From positions 192,001-256,000 of the forward strand of contig CAWEHK010000008.1 of assembly GCA_963808625.1 (NCBI GenBank): 64,000 nt of DNA, written 5' to 3'. The stretch comes from an uncultured delta proteobacterium. Its GTDB lineage: Bacteria; Desulfobacterota; Syntrophobacteria; Syntrophobacterales; Syntrophobacteraceae. The position numbers were made by a program, and so were the translations under genes. Position 1 is the stretch's first letter; each line of letters opens with the position of its first letter. Positions 20,465-31,309 of this stretch are shown here, piece by piece. The notes under the pieces were generated by a model, which did no database searches, had not been told where the DNA came from, and saw only the letters and a list, made by a program, of their open reading frames with translations.

Positions 20465-21331
20465 TTACCCCTCCAGGATATCGGAAAGTTTGTCTTCCCA
20501 ACCGATGGTGGAGATGAGCACTCCGCCGTACCCGGCGTCCCTCAAAGCCAGGACAAGTTCGCGGGCGATTTGCACGCATTCGCGGGCTTTATCCGGGGCC
20601 TTTTGAATACGCGTGATGAGCTCGCCGGGAACATGGACATGAGCCAGATGCTGATCGATATAACGGGCCATGCCGACGGATTTGAGCAAGAGCACGGTCG
20701 GGATAATTCCGGGCTTTCGGTTTTCGGCTCTTTTCATGAACCGGGTCAGGGTCTGGAGGTCAAAGACCGGTTGGGTGACAAAGAATTCCGCGCCGGCCGC
20801 AATCTTCTTCTCCAGCTCCTCCAGCTCCAGGTCCAGGAGCCCTCCGCTGACCCCGGTATTGACCATGGAGCCAACACAATACCTGGGCGCACCATTCAGC
20901 TCGACTCCCGCCATATCGCGACCGGCCTGGAGTTTTTGAATGGCCTCCAACAATTCCAGCAAATCGATGTCGTTAACGGGACGGGCCCGGTGGTGGTCCC
21001 CATAACTTGGTTCAACGCCGGTGATGGCCATGACATTTGAGACACCGAGGGCGTTAGCCGCCAGGAGGTCGGCCTGCAAGGCCAAACGGTTGCGATCCCG
21101 GCAGCAAACCTGCATCACCGTCTCCAACCCCCGGTTCTGCAGCAGTGCACAACCTCCCAGAGAGCTCATCCTCATAACCGCATTGCTCATCTCAGGAACC
21201 ACGAAGGCATCCACTTTGCCTTTAACATGCATGGCATGAGCGATCACGGCAGAGAAATCCGCTCCCTTAGGAGGCTCCATCTCCGCCAGAACAAGGAACT
21301 CCCCAGAGGCCAGTTTCTTTTGCATGTTCAT
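20465..21331 (-). CDS. Divergent MetF-family flavoprotein
   Basis: EMEPPKG, CRDRNRLALQADL, KKIAAGAEFFVTQ; the usual TGD motif is replaced by TGV; GGAGG before ATG 21331. Confidence 0.82.
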   Translation of the reverse strand: MNMQKKLASGEFLVLAEMEPPKGADFSAVIAHAMHVKGKVDAFVVPEMSNAVMRMSSLGGCALLQNRGLETVMQVCCRDRNRLALQADLLAANALGVSNVMAITGVEPSYGDHHRARPVNDIDLLELLEAIQKLQAGRDMAGVELNGAPRYCVGSMVNTGVSGGLLDLELEELEKKIAAGAEFFVTQPVFDLQTLTRFMKRAENRKPGIIPTVLLLKSVGMARYIDQHLAHVHVPGELITRIQKAPDKARECVQIARELVLALRDAGYGGVLISTIGWEDKLSDILEG

Positions 21332-21789
21332 AAGGTATCCCTCCAAAATATGAGTGCTGTTGGCTCTTCACCCCTGAGTCGGGCCGGGTTCCCAACTCCT
21401 GCATCGCGACGCCGGATGACCGCATAGAAAAACTGAAAAAGGTGTGCCTCTTTCAGTGGCAAAAATTCGGGGAAAACTTGGGCACAGGCCTGTGCTTATG
21501 GGGACAGATTCATAGCCCTCGCCCTGAGCCAGGGGAAACATCCATGGTGACGCTGCAAATCCATTCACCCGATAACGTGATGAAAACTTCTTCCAGTTTC
21601 TCAACCGCTTTGGATGATCAAAACTTCTCCGTCAACTTCAGGTCGCGGGTGGCGTTCAACCGGCTACGAGGTTCCACATGAAGAGGGGACGACGGCCACA
21701 TTTTCTTATTCCGTGGGGTGGTACAGGACACCACCATTGCCGCCGGTTATTATTTATCACTATTTTTTCAATCTTGCAAACACGATGGC

Positions 21790-21899
21790 ACAGAAAACAG
21801 GAGTCAGAAGTCAGAAGTCAGAAGTCAACAGTCGGAAGTCAGAATTGAAAATGATCTTTTCGTGTGCCTTCGTCTTCCTTCGTGTGAATTCGTGGATGA
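21790..21899 (+). repeat. Composite intergenic element copy: (CAGAAGT)n plus TTCGTGTG motif
   Basis: CAGGAGT CAGAAGT CAGAAGT CAGAAGT...AAATGATC-TTTTCGTGTGCCTTCGTCTTCCTTCGTGTGAATTCGTGGATGA. Confidence 0.75.
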
Positions 21900-21907
21900 G
21901 ACAACGT

Positions 21908-23392
21908 TCACGGTTGCCGGAGCACCGGGAGGAGCACGCGAAAGGTCGTTCCCACACCAGGCTGGCTCTCGACCTCGATGGAACCCCGGTGAGATTCGAC
22001 AATCCCTTTGACAATGGCAAGGCCCAGACCCGTACCGATCACCTGCCTGGTTTTGGGATGTTTGACCCGATAGAACTTGTCGAAGATTTTCGGGAGCTCT
22101 TCGGGTTCGATGCCAACCCCCGTATCACTTACCATCACTTCCAGGTAGTCTCCCCGTGAAACGACCGAAACGTTCACTTCTCCGCCGCCTGGCGAATAAT
22201 TGACCGCATTGCTGACAAGGTTGGTAAAAAGCTCTTCCATGCTTCGAGGGTCCGCCTGAACGAGCGGGACTTCAGATGGGAGATTCAGCCGCAGCGACAC
22301 ATTCTGGCTTTCCGCCCGAGGTCTCAACAGGCCAACGGTCTGCTCCAGCACCTCCCCCAGGCGGAGTGGGACCTGCTGCTGAAAGGTATGGCCGCTCTCA
22401 ATCTTGGCTACATCCAAAAGATCATTGATGAGTTCGAGCAAGCCATCGATCTTTAGCAGAGAACGACCGAGGAGGTCTTTCTGCTTGTCCATCAGTTCCC
22501 CGGCGAGACCGTCCACGACGACGGTCAGCAATTGCCTGATGGACGCCAGGGGCGAGCGCAGCTCATGAGAAACCATGTGGACGAAATCCGATTTCATCTC
22601 ATCCAGTTGTTTAAACGTCGTAATATCCTGGAAAACGGTGACGGTGCCCATAACTTCCCCATGCAATCCGGGCACGGGGGCCGACAGGGAATGGATATAC
22701 TTGCTTCCTATGTGGAGGTCCCGGGAAAGAAGAACCGGATCATCACCACTCGCGCCCAGAATGCTCTTGAGACCCTTTTCCAGGTCCTCGTCAGCGAGAA
22801 ATTCGGAGAGGGCGGTGGGCTCGGCCAACGAGTCAGAAAGGCCGAGCGTTCTCATCAAGGCCGGATTATGCAGGACCATCTCCAGATCGCGGTTGGTCAC
22901 CATGACCCCGTCCGCCATGCAGTTGATGATCGTTCGGATGCGGCTCTTTTCCATCGCGAGGTCATAGAGGTTTTGCGCCTGCGCTTCCTGGAGTTCCCGC
23001 GCACGGCGCTCCAACGCCTGTTTTTCCAGCGCTCTGCTTACAATCAGGGTCAGGTGGTCGGCCCGGAACGGTTTGGTGATGAAATCGTAGGCCCCCTTCT
23101 TCATGGCCTCGACCGCATTGGCCACCGTACCGTGACCCGTAATGACAATCAGCGGCACCTCGGGATAATTGGCCCTGACTTCCTCAAGGACCTCAAAGGC
23201 CCCCATCACCGGCATGACAAGATCGCAGAGAATCAGGTCCATCGGTTCCGCTGCAAGCAGATCAAGCGCTTCCCGACCGTTCACGGCGGTAAGGGGCCGA
23301 TACCCCGCAAGTTTCAACAAACGGCTGCAGCCATCCCGGATTACCTTTTCATCATCTACAACCAGAACCGTCTGCATCGGGCCAGCCTTCAT
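21908..23392 (-). CDS. Hybrid REC-PAS-histidine kinase
   Basis: VLVVDDE...CDLVMP receiver; VSHELRSP H-box; NLVSNA, DTGVGI, FDKFYR, GTGLGL. Confidence 0.92.
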   Translation of the reverse strand: MKAGPMQTVLVVDDEKVIRDGCSRLLKLAGYRPLTAVNGREALDLLAAEPMDLILCDLVMPVMGAFEVLEEVRANYPEVPLIVITGHGTVANAVEAMKKGAYDFITKPFRADHLTLIVSRALEKQALERRARELQEAQAQNLYDLAMEKSRIRTIINCMADGVMVTNRDLEMVLHNPALMRTLGLSDSLAEPTALSEFLADEDLEKGLKSILGASGDDPVLLSRDLHIGSKYIHSLSAPVPGLHGEVMGTVTVFQDITTFKQLDEMKSDFVHMVSHELRSPLASIRQLLTVVVDGLAGELMDKQKDLLGRSLLKIDGLLELINDLLDVAKIESGHTFQQQVPLRLGEVLEQTVGLLRPRAESQNVSLRLNLPSEVPLVQADPRSMEELFTNLVSNAVNYSPGGGEVNVSVVSRGDYLEVMVSDTGVGIEPEELPKIFDKFYRVKHPKTRQVIGTGLGLAIVKGIVESHRGSIEVESQPGVGTTFRVLLPVLRQP

Positions 23393-23400
23393 TCTGCCGT

Positions 23401-25731
23401 TTAACAGGTGAACTCAATTTCTTCTTCAGGGCACTCCAGCGGGAGGGTGATCGTAAAGAGGGCGCCGCCCGCGTGAGCATTCTTGACCTCGATGGTCCCT
23501 CCGTGTTGTTGAATGATCCCGTAGACGACGGACAGACCAAGGCCGGTGCCCTCTCCCGGCCGTTTCGTGGTAAAGAAAGGCTCGAATATTTTGTCCATGA
23601 TTTCGGAGGGGATGCCCGGACCCGTATCGGCAATTTGCAGGCTGACTTCCTCACATTCCGGATCGAACCTGCTGGTGATGACGATCTTGCCCTTGCCGTT
23701 CATGGCGACCCCGGCATTGATAATGAGATTCGTGAAAACCTGCTGAAACTGACCCGGATCACCCGTCATCTGGGGAATATCGGGTTGGAGATCGATCACA
23801 AAATCGACATCCTGAAAAAGCGATTGGCGAGCCAACAGCTCGGCGGAACGGTTGATCACAAGGTTGATGTCGAAAGGAACTCTCTGGCCCACAGACTGTC
23901 GGCTGAACTCCAACAAACGGGTAACGATTTCCTTGCAGCGCAGGGTCTGATCAACGATCTCCTGCAGGTCTTCGCGCCACTGAGGGTTGGGCTCAAGCTC
24001 TTTCATCAGCATGTCGGCGTAGAGCAAAATGCCGGAGAGCGGGTTATTGATTTCGTGAGCGACACCAGCTGCCAATCTTCCGACCGAGGCGATTTTTTCG
24101 GCCTGCATCAATTGAATTTTGGCTTCCTCGAGCTCCCTGCGTATTCGCAACCGTTCCCGGAGGTCGGAGAAGATACCGACGCTGCCGATTTCACGCTCAT
24201 TTTGCTTGATGAGGGCCGCGGAGAAGTTTACCGGCACTTCCTCGCCCGATTTGGTCACAAGAATTATCCGCAAAGAAGTGGCCTTGCCGGGTACGCCATA
24301 ATCCTTGCTGCGCATCCGCCGCATGATTACCTTTGCGACTTCCTCGCTGCAGATGTTGAACGACATGAGGGGATGATCGACCAACTCTTCTGCGCTATAA
24401 CCCAGAATCCTTTCGGCTGCTTCATTGAAAATTAATACTTTCCCTTCATTGTCGAGGACCATTATACCATCAGCGGAACTCCTGATAATGTTAGTGAGAA
24501 AGCTGTTAGTGTTGTGGAGTTGCCGCTCGATCTCAATGTGCTTTGTCAAATCGTGGAAAAACATGTAGGTTATCGCGCTCTTGCCAATACGAGACACGAT
24601 CATGCAGGTTTCAAGGACACGATGCTCCTGCTGGGGGACCTTCGCCGGCTGGATGGTGCTGCAAAAGAGCAATTGCTGAGGGTTTTCCGGGTCAACTTTC
24701 TGCATTAAATCGTCTATAATGTTAAGGTGCTGCAATGGGAGTAAGGCGCTGAGGTCTTTGCCAATAAGCTCATCTTCAGGTTGCTCCAGGATCTCGGCCA
24801 TCTTTGAGTTGGCAAAAATCACTCGCCGGCTCTCGTCAGCCATGAGGATTCCTTCCTGAGTAATCTCAGTGAGCACCCTGAACTTCTCTTCCGCTTCCAG
24901 GAGCGGGGTAATATCCCTCATTGCTTCAAAGCCGCCAATCACCCCCTGCTCCGCGTCAGTCAGCATGGTGGCATGAGCCGCTACCGGGATTCTCCTGCCC
25001 TCCCGATCCTGGATGGTGAAGCGAAGCCCGGCAAGGGGCTTCATGGTCTCCATCGCATACTTGATGGCACACCTTTTCGTATGGCAGTGATCGGTTCGGA
25101 GCAGTTCAGCACAGGTCATCCTGTTCACCACTTCGCTTTTACTGTACCCCGTAAGTCTCTCGAGGTGATGGTTCATGTAGGTGATCGTCAGGTCTTTATT
25201 CACAGTGAAAAAGGGCATGGGGAAGTTATTGATGATGCTGGAGGATATAGGACCCATGAGATGATTTCCCGCCCCGGCGAGAGCCGCTGGCGCGTCGCGC
25301 AGAATGGCCAGGCGCCACGCAGGTCCCCCCTCTTTGCTGCTCGCCAATTGGGTGGAAAGTGAAAAGGGCAGCCAGTCCCCCGAAAGACGTTTGAGTTGTA
25401 CCGGAACGTCTTTTAAGCTGTGGTTTTCGAGAAATCGATCGAGCAGAGATCCCGGGGCATCGCCGACATCCGTGCGCAAAAGATCAGCGCAAAGGAGAGG
25501 GCTTTCTTCCGTACCAGTTTTGCCCGTCAGGCGTTGTGCAGAATCATTCAGATATACGATTCTGCACAGCACGTCCATTACCATGACCGGGTCGGGGAAA
25601 CCATCGAAACAGCGCCGGAAAAATTCCAGATCCAAAATCTCAGGACAGGTCGCGACAATCGCGTCAGACCCGGCTTCCGCTGCGGTTGAGGCAGGCTCGG
25701 AGCTCATCTTCTTTGTCCTCATCAGGCGCAC
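23401..25731 (-). CDS. Cytoplasmic multi-PAS histidine kinase
   Basis: Four PAS-like segments, [26 protein letters not shown]; no TM helix seen; exact start uncertain. Confidence 0.9.
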   Translation of the reverse strand: MRLMRTKKMSSEPASTAAEAGSDAIVATCPEILDLEFFRRCFDGFPDPVMVMDVLCRIVYLNDSAQRLTGKTGTEESPLLCADLLRTDVGDAPGSLLDRFLENHSLKDVPVQLKRLSGDWLPFSLSTQLASSKEGGPAWRLAILRDAPAALAGAGNHLMGPISSSIINNFPMPFFTVNKDLTITYMNHHLERLTGYSKSEVVNRMTCAELLRTDHCHTKRCAIKYAMETMKPLAGLRFTIQDREGRRIPVAAHATMLTDAEQGVIGGFEAMRDITPLLEAEEKFRVLTEITQEGILMADESRRVIFANSKMAEILEQPEDELIGKDLSALLPLQHLNIIDDLMQKVDPENPQQLLFCSTIQPAKVPQQEHRVLETCMIVSRIGKSAITYMFFHDLTKHIEIERQLHNTNSFLTNIIRSSADGIMVLDNEGKVLIFNEAAERILGYSAEELVDHPLMSFNICSEEVAKVIMRRMRSKDYGVPGKATSLRIILVTKSGEEVPVNFSAALIKQNEREIGSVGIFSDLRERLRIRRELEEAKIQLMQAEKIASVGRLAAGVAHEINNPLSGILLYADMLMKELEPNPQWREDLQEIVDQTLRCKEIVTRLLEFSRQSVGQRVPFDINLVINRSAELLARQSLFQDVDFVIDLQPDIPQMTGDPGQFQQVFTNLIINAGVAMNGKGKIVITSRFDPECEEVSLQIADTGPGIPSEIMDKIFEPFFTTKRPGEGTGLGLSVVYGIIQQHGGTIEVKNAHAGGALFTITLPLECPEEEIEFTC

Positions 25732-25899
25732 ACGTGTCGCCTTGTTCTCCCGGAGACTTTTCGATCCGGTGACTGGAGGCGACAGGAGCGACGGGAATTT
25801 CGATGCTAGAGTATTCTAATCAACACCTACAGGGGCTGTCAGGCTAACCATGTCCTTATACCGTAAAAGCCGGGAGGAGCGAAGCATAAAAATTCGTTG

Positions 25900-26061
25900 G
25901 AGGAGACAGAAGTCAGAGACAGGAGTTGGAGTCAGAAGTCAGGAGACAGAAGTCAAGAGAAGGAGTCAGGAGTCGGGAGTACGGAGGCTGAAATCGGAAG
26001 TCAGAGTACAAAATGATTTCTTCGTGTGACTTCGTTGTCCTTCGTGTGACTTCGTGGATGA
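25900..26061 (+). repeat. Composite intergenic element copy
   Basis: Degenerate CAG(A/G)AG(T/A) heptamers, then AAATGATTTC-TTCGTGTGAC TTCGTTGTCC TTCGTGTGAC TTCGTGGATGA. Confidence 0.75.
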
Positions 26062-26074
26062 CTTGTGGATAGAT

Positions 26075-26696
26075 TTATTCACGTGAATGCCTGGGCTTTG
26101 CGCCTCGCGTGAGTCCGGGCTCAGGACGTTCCGCGGCTACATAACGAGTGAAGAGAAAGGAAAAAGGATCGCCAGAAGGGGAATGAGATAAAGCGTCAGG
26201 TAAAAAAAATCATCACCTCATTTTCAATGGCTTTTACTTCCGTCATCGGCAATGCCAGGCGGATGATTCTACCCTTTTCTTTGAAAAACACCGACGCATA
26301 AAACATATCCGCATTCAGTGTTTCACTGTAGCGGACAGCGGTTGCAGACCCAACAGCGATAGCCCGCTGGATCTCCGGCCGGTCCATACGGTTCTCACCA
26401 ACAATGGCATCGTCGGTGGAATCGCCAAGCACACTGCCATCCATCTCGATTACGGTGATGCGCACCTGTGCCGCATCCTGGTACTGCCGACACCAGGCGA
26501 CGAGAATGGCAGGATCTGAGGTATCGGGCAGCACGCTCGCCAAGACCTTTGCCAGAGTGAAAACCTGTTTTTCGAGTTGGTCCTTCAGTTTCTCTTTCAA
26601 CTGCATCTGCAGGACAAAGCCGGCCATGGTCACCAGGATTACGAAAAGAGCAGAGGAAATAAGGTAGAATTTCCATATGCGGCTCAGTCTTATCAT
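26075..26696 (-). CDS. PhoR-like membrane sensor domain only (TM-Cache-TM, no kinase); homopolymer frameshift ~26205
   Basis: RITVIEMDGSVLGDS...ENRMDRPEIQRAI...RYSETLNADMFY; correcting the T8 run gives a second TM helix and a stop at 26075. Confidence 0.65.
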
Positions 26697-26725
26697 ACCG
26701 TCCTCCCATGCGATGGTCAGAATAG

Positions 26726-27706
26726 CTAAGGGCCATTTCCGAGGGTCTGTGAGACTTGCCGAAGGAAAGTAGTTAGCGTCTCAATTCGGTCGAACCTGAT
26801 AAACAGGTATGCCAGAAGCGCTGCTGACGCCGGTGCCGAAATCCAGCCCACACCAATCTTTGTAAGCATTTTGCGGCTGACCGTTTGGACGTCGCCGGCG
26901 ATCCCGATGCCCACTACCGCACCGACGATGGCCTGGGAAGAAGACACCGGCACCCCCAACTGGGTAAAGAGGTGCATGGTGAGTGCTCCGGCCAATACAG
27001 CCACAAGCGCGGAAAATGGATCAAGAGGGGCAATGCCCTTGCCGATCGTCACCATCACCTTCTTGCTGTAGGTGAGTACGCCGCTGGCGATACTCAACCC
27101 TCCGATAAGGGATGCCGCCTCAGCGGTCAGCATGTGGGCACCAACATAGACACCCGTGACGTTGGCAACATTATTGGAACCCAGACAATAAGCCCCGTAG
27201 CATCCGGTAAGGATAGTCCCAGCGGTATAAATCAGGTTGCGCTGAGTGATGTTGCTGGTGGCTCTATCAAGAAGGTATCCGAGAAGACGATAGAGGGCAT
27301 AGCTTGCGAAGACGGCAAAAAATGGCGTGAAAACCCAACAGGCGACAATCTTGTAGAGCTTCGAAAAATCCGCTGATCCCGAAAAGATGCCGGCCCCGAT
27401 GACCGCCCCGATGATGGCCTGAGAAGCGGAACCGGGAAAGGAGAGGACGGTGAGAAGGGTCATCATGATAGCGGCCGCCAGGGCACAGTAGAAGGCATCG
27501 AGAGGGGTCAGACGGGAAAGGGCGCCGACCGTGCGCATGCACTTCGGGCCTTCAAGGAAAGCACCCAGGATCACGAACACTGCCGTTAACGCGATCGCCA
27601 TGCGATAACTGACAGTCCCGGTCGCAACCCCCGTGCCGAATACATTCGCGGTATGATTGGCGCCAAGGCTCCAACCAAGAAGAAGACCGCTCGACACCAT
27701 CCACAT
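26726..27706 (-). CDS. PiT-family inorganic phosphate transporter
   Basis: GWSLGANHTANVFGT, SASQAIIGAVIG, GSNNVANVTG and GVPVSSSQAIVGAVVG signatures. Confidence 0.92.
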   Translation of the reverse strand: MWMVSSGLLLGWSLGANHTANVFGTGVATGTVSYRMAIALTAVFVILGAFLEGPKCMRTVGALSRLTPLDAFYCALAAAIMMTLLTVLSFPGSASQAIIGAVIGAGIFSGSADFSKLYKIVACWVFTPFFAVFASYALYRLLGYLLDRATSNITQRNLIYTAGTILTGCYGAYCLGSNNVANVTGVYVGAHMLTAEAASLIGGLSIASGVLTYSKKVMVTIGKGIAPLDPFSALVAVLAGALTMHLFTQLGVPVSSSQAIVGAVVGIGIAGDVQTVSRKMLTKIGVGWISAPASAALLAYLFIRFDRIETLTTFLRQVSQTLGNGP

Positions 27707-27774
27707 GCTCTACATCGTCCTCAGTCGCAACCCGACATCGAAATCCCAAATCCCTCCAAAAGCTCTCCACTAAG

Positions 27775-27931
27775 CCACACGAAGATTAACGAAGACACAC
27801 GAATTGAATTGACTGCCCAACAATCCAACATCCAAAATCCAACATCCAAAATCCAACCTCCGAAATCCAACCTCCGAAATCCAACCTCCAAAATCCGAAA
27901 TCCGACATCCGAAATCCGACATCCGAAATCC
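27775..27931 (-). repeat. Long (GGATTTC/GGATGTT/GGAGGTT)n heptamer tract plus TTCGTGTG motif
   Basis: About 15 heptamers starting at the DUF47 stop, followed by TTCGTGTGTC TTCGTTAATC TTCGTGTGGC TTAGTGG. Confidence 0.8.
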
Positions 27932-27933
27932 AT

Positions 27934-28564
27934 CTACCGGGTGCTTAAATTGAGAATCTGAAGATGGTCACTGGCGTCTTCGATGATGTCGCTGATCGAG
28001 GTCAGGCCTGAGATCAAATCGGACAACATCTTTCCCGACCAGAAGTCGGCCACCCCCACCTGCTGGGCCTGACTGATAATATCGAACTTCATGTCGTCAA
28101 TTTTTTTCTCATAAATTCTTATGGCAAGGGTTTTCTCACGGAGGTCCTCACCTTCGAGCATGGCCTCAAAAGTGATTAACAGCATCTCACACATGCGGAA
28201 ATTCAGGAGAGCTACCCGGACGCACTCGTTGCGCAAGGGTTCAGGGAGGTCTGTGTCCAGGTAATAGGTGGCCGTATCCTTGAGGAGATCGAAGACCTCG
28301 TCGACGACTTCCACGAACTTGCACAGGTCCGGGCGCAGGTAGGGTAGAAATGCTCCCTCGTAGATGTGGGAAATCACTTGCTCTCCTCACCGAGTCGCCT
28401 TGGCGCTCCAAGTCGATTACCTCACGCATGAGGTTCGTGTCCTGTTTCTCCAGGGCCGCTTTGAAGGTATTGCAGGCGTCGCAGAGGAGCTGAATATGCC
28501 TTCTCATATCTTCCGTGACATCCCGCTCCTTTTTGCCAAACTGCAATAATCTCTCAAAAATCAT
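27934..28564 (-). CDS. DUF47 / PhoU-like phosphate transport regulator (frameshift ~28380)
   Basis: LERQGDSVRR..ISHIYEGAFLPYLRPD...YEKKIDD...ISDIIEDASDHL; adjacent to PiT. Confidence 0.85.
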
Positions 28565-28967
28565 GGTTCCCCCTCGCTCTGTTGATCAATTCGGCAGCCA
28601 TGATATCGAGCAGGGAAACCACCCCGATCACCTTTTCCCCATCGCAGACGAAGAGTCTGGCTATATTCGACTTTTCCATGAGTGTCGCAGCATCCTCGAT
28701 GTCCATCTGCTCGTCGATACAGACGATGGGCTTTGACGCAATTTCCGAGACTTTGACATTCTTGGGATTGATGCCCTTGGCAAGCACCTTGAAGACGATG
28801 TCCCTCGCCGTCACCACACCGTCAATGGACGTTTTCCCGGATTTTCGGATCACCTTGACGGCCAGCGAGCGAAGGTGCTGGTCCACCATGATCTCCACGG
28901 CGTCATACACCGTCCTGTCGGCGTCAATCGACTCCACCTTTGTGCTCATAAACTCATGAATCTGCAT
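28554..28967 (-). CDS. CBS-pair domain protein
   Basis: EFMSTKVESIDAD.TV.DAV..M...GVVTARDI...AATLMEK.NI.RL.V...IGVVS..DI. Confidence 0.9.
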   Translation of the reverse strand: MQIHEFMSTKVESIDADRTVYDAVEIMVDQHLRSLAVKVIRKSGKTSIDGVVTARDIVFKVLAKGINPKNVKVSEIASKPIVCIDEQMDIEDAATLMEKSNIARLFVCDGEKVIGVVSLLDIMAAELINRARGNHDF

Positions 28968-29134
28968 TCCTTTACCTCCATCTGGCAGGAAACAAGATGT
29001 GATTGCTTGCAGTCATTGAGGTCGTCACCGGAGTGGTCCATGGTGTGGCAAATCATACTCCACCAAATCACAACGCATCAAGCCATTTGGTCGCGGGTGC
29101 GGTCTTTTTCCGGCAGATTGAAGGTTCCTGGTCC

Positions 29135-29749
29135 TCACTCACCCCGGCACCTCGTAAAGCACCGCAGAATAGAGTGCCCTTGATCTCGCGATGTCATTCC
29201 CGTACGTTCTTCGCGGGGATCCAGGGAATTCGCAGGGCCTGGATTCCCCCCCAGAAGCGCGAAGGAATGACGATTCGAATTCGGACACCGATCTGTAAGG
29301 ACCCAGTCGGCGTCGAAGACAAGCCGATCATCATGCTCCTGTGTGGTGATTCGCAGGTTCCTGTAACCGAAATGTCGTGACAGCCCCTCGACCACGGGAA
29401 CCAGATGCAGGTGCCGATTGGTGATATGGACCGCGAGGACACCTCCCGGGGCAAGATGGCACCGGGAGAGTGCAAATGCTTCCCGCGTGAGCAGACGCAA
29501 CGGGATGGCGGCACTGCTGAAGGCGTCGACAACAAGGACATCAAAGTTCGGCGGCGCTTCCCGCTCCAGCGACACCCGACCGTCTCCCGGAACCACTTCG
29601 CACGTTCCGCGGCAATCCGCCAAATATGTGCAATATTGTCGAGCCAGGCGCAGGACTTCCGGGTTGATCTCATCGAACCGGTACTCGTCTCCCGGTCCGG
29701 CATAAGCGGCGAGAGTCCCGACGCCCAAACCTGCCGCCCCCAGGCGCAT
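29135..29749 (-). pseudogene. Fragment of a spermidine-synthase-like methyltransferase
   Basis: GLGVGTLAAY...EINPEV...GDGRVSLE...FDVLVVDAFSS..IP..LLTREAF...HITNRHL; no N-terminus; homology stops at a palindromic element. Confidence 0.7.
29193..29271. repeat. GTCATTCC...GGAATGAC two-hairpin palindromic element
   Basis: Terminal IRs GTCATTCC/GGAATGAC with internal GGATCCAGG...CCTGGATTC arms. Confidence 0.7.
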
Positions 29750-30717
29750 GACGCCGTGTTCCTATGATGTTTTCCCTGGAACTGAGAACAGAACAAGGAT
29801 ATCACGCTGATGGCATGGGATACAGTCAGGTTACAGCGAGATTGACCCCAAAAACAAAGACTAAAGTCCGGCAGCACATAGGGTTCCTCCATTGGGTGCT
29901 TCGATGGCCGGGGCCTTCCATCGGTTCATGGTGATTTCTGGAATGTCTATGATTTCTGTCGTCTATCAGTTCTTGACTTGGAAGACGAGTTCTTGTATTT
30001 TTCACCCCGCGAAACCATTTCGCCAATCTCTCATTCGCATTCTGGATGGATTTACTTACGATACAGTGTGTCTCCTTGCGCCTCTAACGGCCAGGGTGTT
30101 TCAAGTCTTCTCATTCGCCGCTCCGGTGAGGGTGGGGCGTATCGCGCGGTCAGGGTTTCATGGCGCACGAATACAGTGCGCCAGTGTCTATTGATCTTAT
30201 GAAAGGAGGTTTTTCAAGAGACAAACGGTTCCATGTGAGAGGGTCCCGTGTTCCCATGAGAAAAGATCGCTGCTTGCTGATGCGCCAGGTTGAAATTCCT
30301 GCTTTTGATTCCTCCCGATCTGTTCGATCTTGGTCTTGCCTAATCGCTGAATCCTCAGGCAGTTTGCAGACTACCTCCGCTATGGACCGACGATGCCGGC
30401 AGAGGTATTTGACGGATCCCCCGAGGGTGTCTGTTCGTAATCAAAGCAGCCCTCTCGCGCCTATTTTGCTCGCACGTATGAACGGTTCTTTCGCTTGCGT
30501 TGATGCTGGGCTGGAATAACCCTTTCATCATGAAAGGGCTCTCAACTGATCAGGGAGTACCTGTCAAGAAATGTGGCGAAAACCAGAAGGCTTTTTCAGG
30601 CTCATGTTTGCGCCTTCATTCACAAAATCGCGGGAGGTGAACGACAGATCAGGGTTTGATAGCTATTGAAGAGGAATTTTTTCGCTTGAGTAAGGTATTC
30701 AAATGGAGGTTATCCGC

Positions 30718-31273
30718 ATGGCAGACAATCAAAAATCGCGAGGAGCCGTAAAATGTCTTTTCTGGACGGCTCTGGCACTTGTGTTAATCGGTTATGCCTG
30801 GTGGTCGTACACCTCGGGGCAGATGGTTGAATGGTACTATTTCAGGGCCAAGACGGACGGCTTTGCCGTCAACGCCAACACCTTCGCGGGATGCAACCAA
30901 GGAAAAGCCCATCTCCCTTGAAATCGGCAAATTCAATCCCCTTGAGGGACTGCAGGCGACTGCCGTGAAGAAAGGCGACCGGCTGCCCACCAACACCAAC
31001 GGCGTCATCAGCAAGAAGTTAGTGGAAGAGGGCAAGCGCGTCAAGCTCGACGGGGACAAGCTCGTGGTGATGATCCCCATGCAGATCCAGGAGGCGAGAG
31101 GCTTCAAGTTCAAGGACACCTTCAAGCACAAGGGCGTCGAGACCAACCCCTGGTCGGGGGTCTGGAATGTGTGCTGGATCCTTGCTCTCGGGGTGTGCCT
31201 GGGCTACAGCGCCGAGGGGATGACCGACATGTTCGGCCTGAAGCTCACCAAGATACAACACCATGGTCATTAA
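30718..31273 (+). CDS. Two-TM membrane protein with extracytoplasmic loop, first gene of TSUP operon 1 (frameshift ~30889)
   Basis: GGAGG RBS; ORFs 30703-30921 and 30794-31273 join; C-terminus resembles the 99-aa protein at 55081. Confidence 0.7.
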
Positions 31274-31309
31274 GACCGGTTGCCTGAAATCTCACTGGAG
31301 GAGTTGGAC

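Noticed and set aside
29819..29836. Pho-box-like CTGTAAC-N4-CTGTATC on the minus strand
   Set aside because: It is ~850 bp from the CBS-PiT operon, has mismatches and could be chance.
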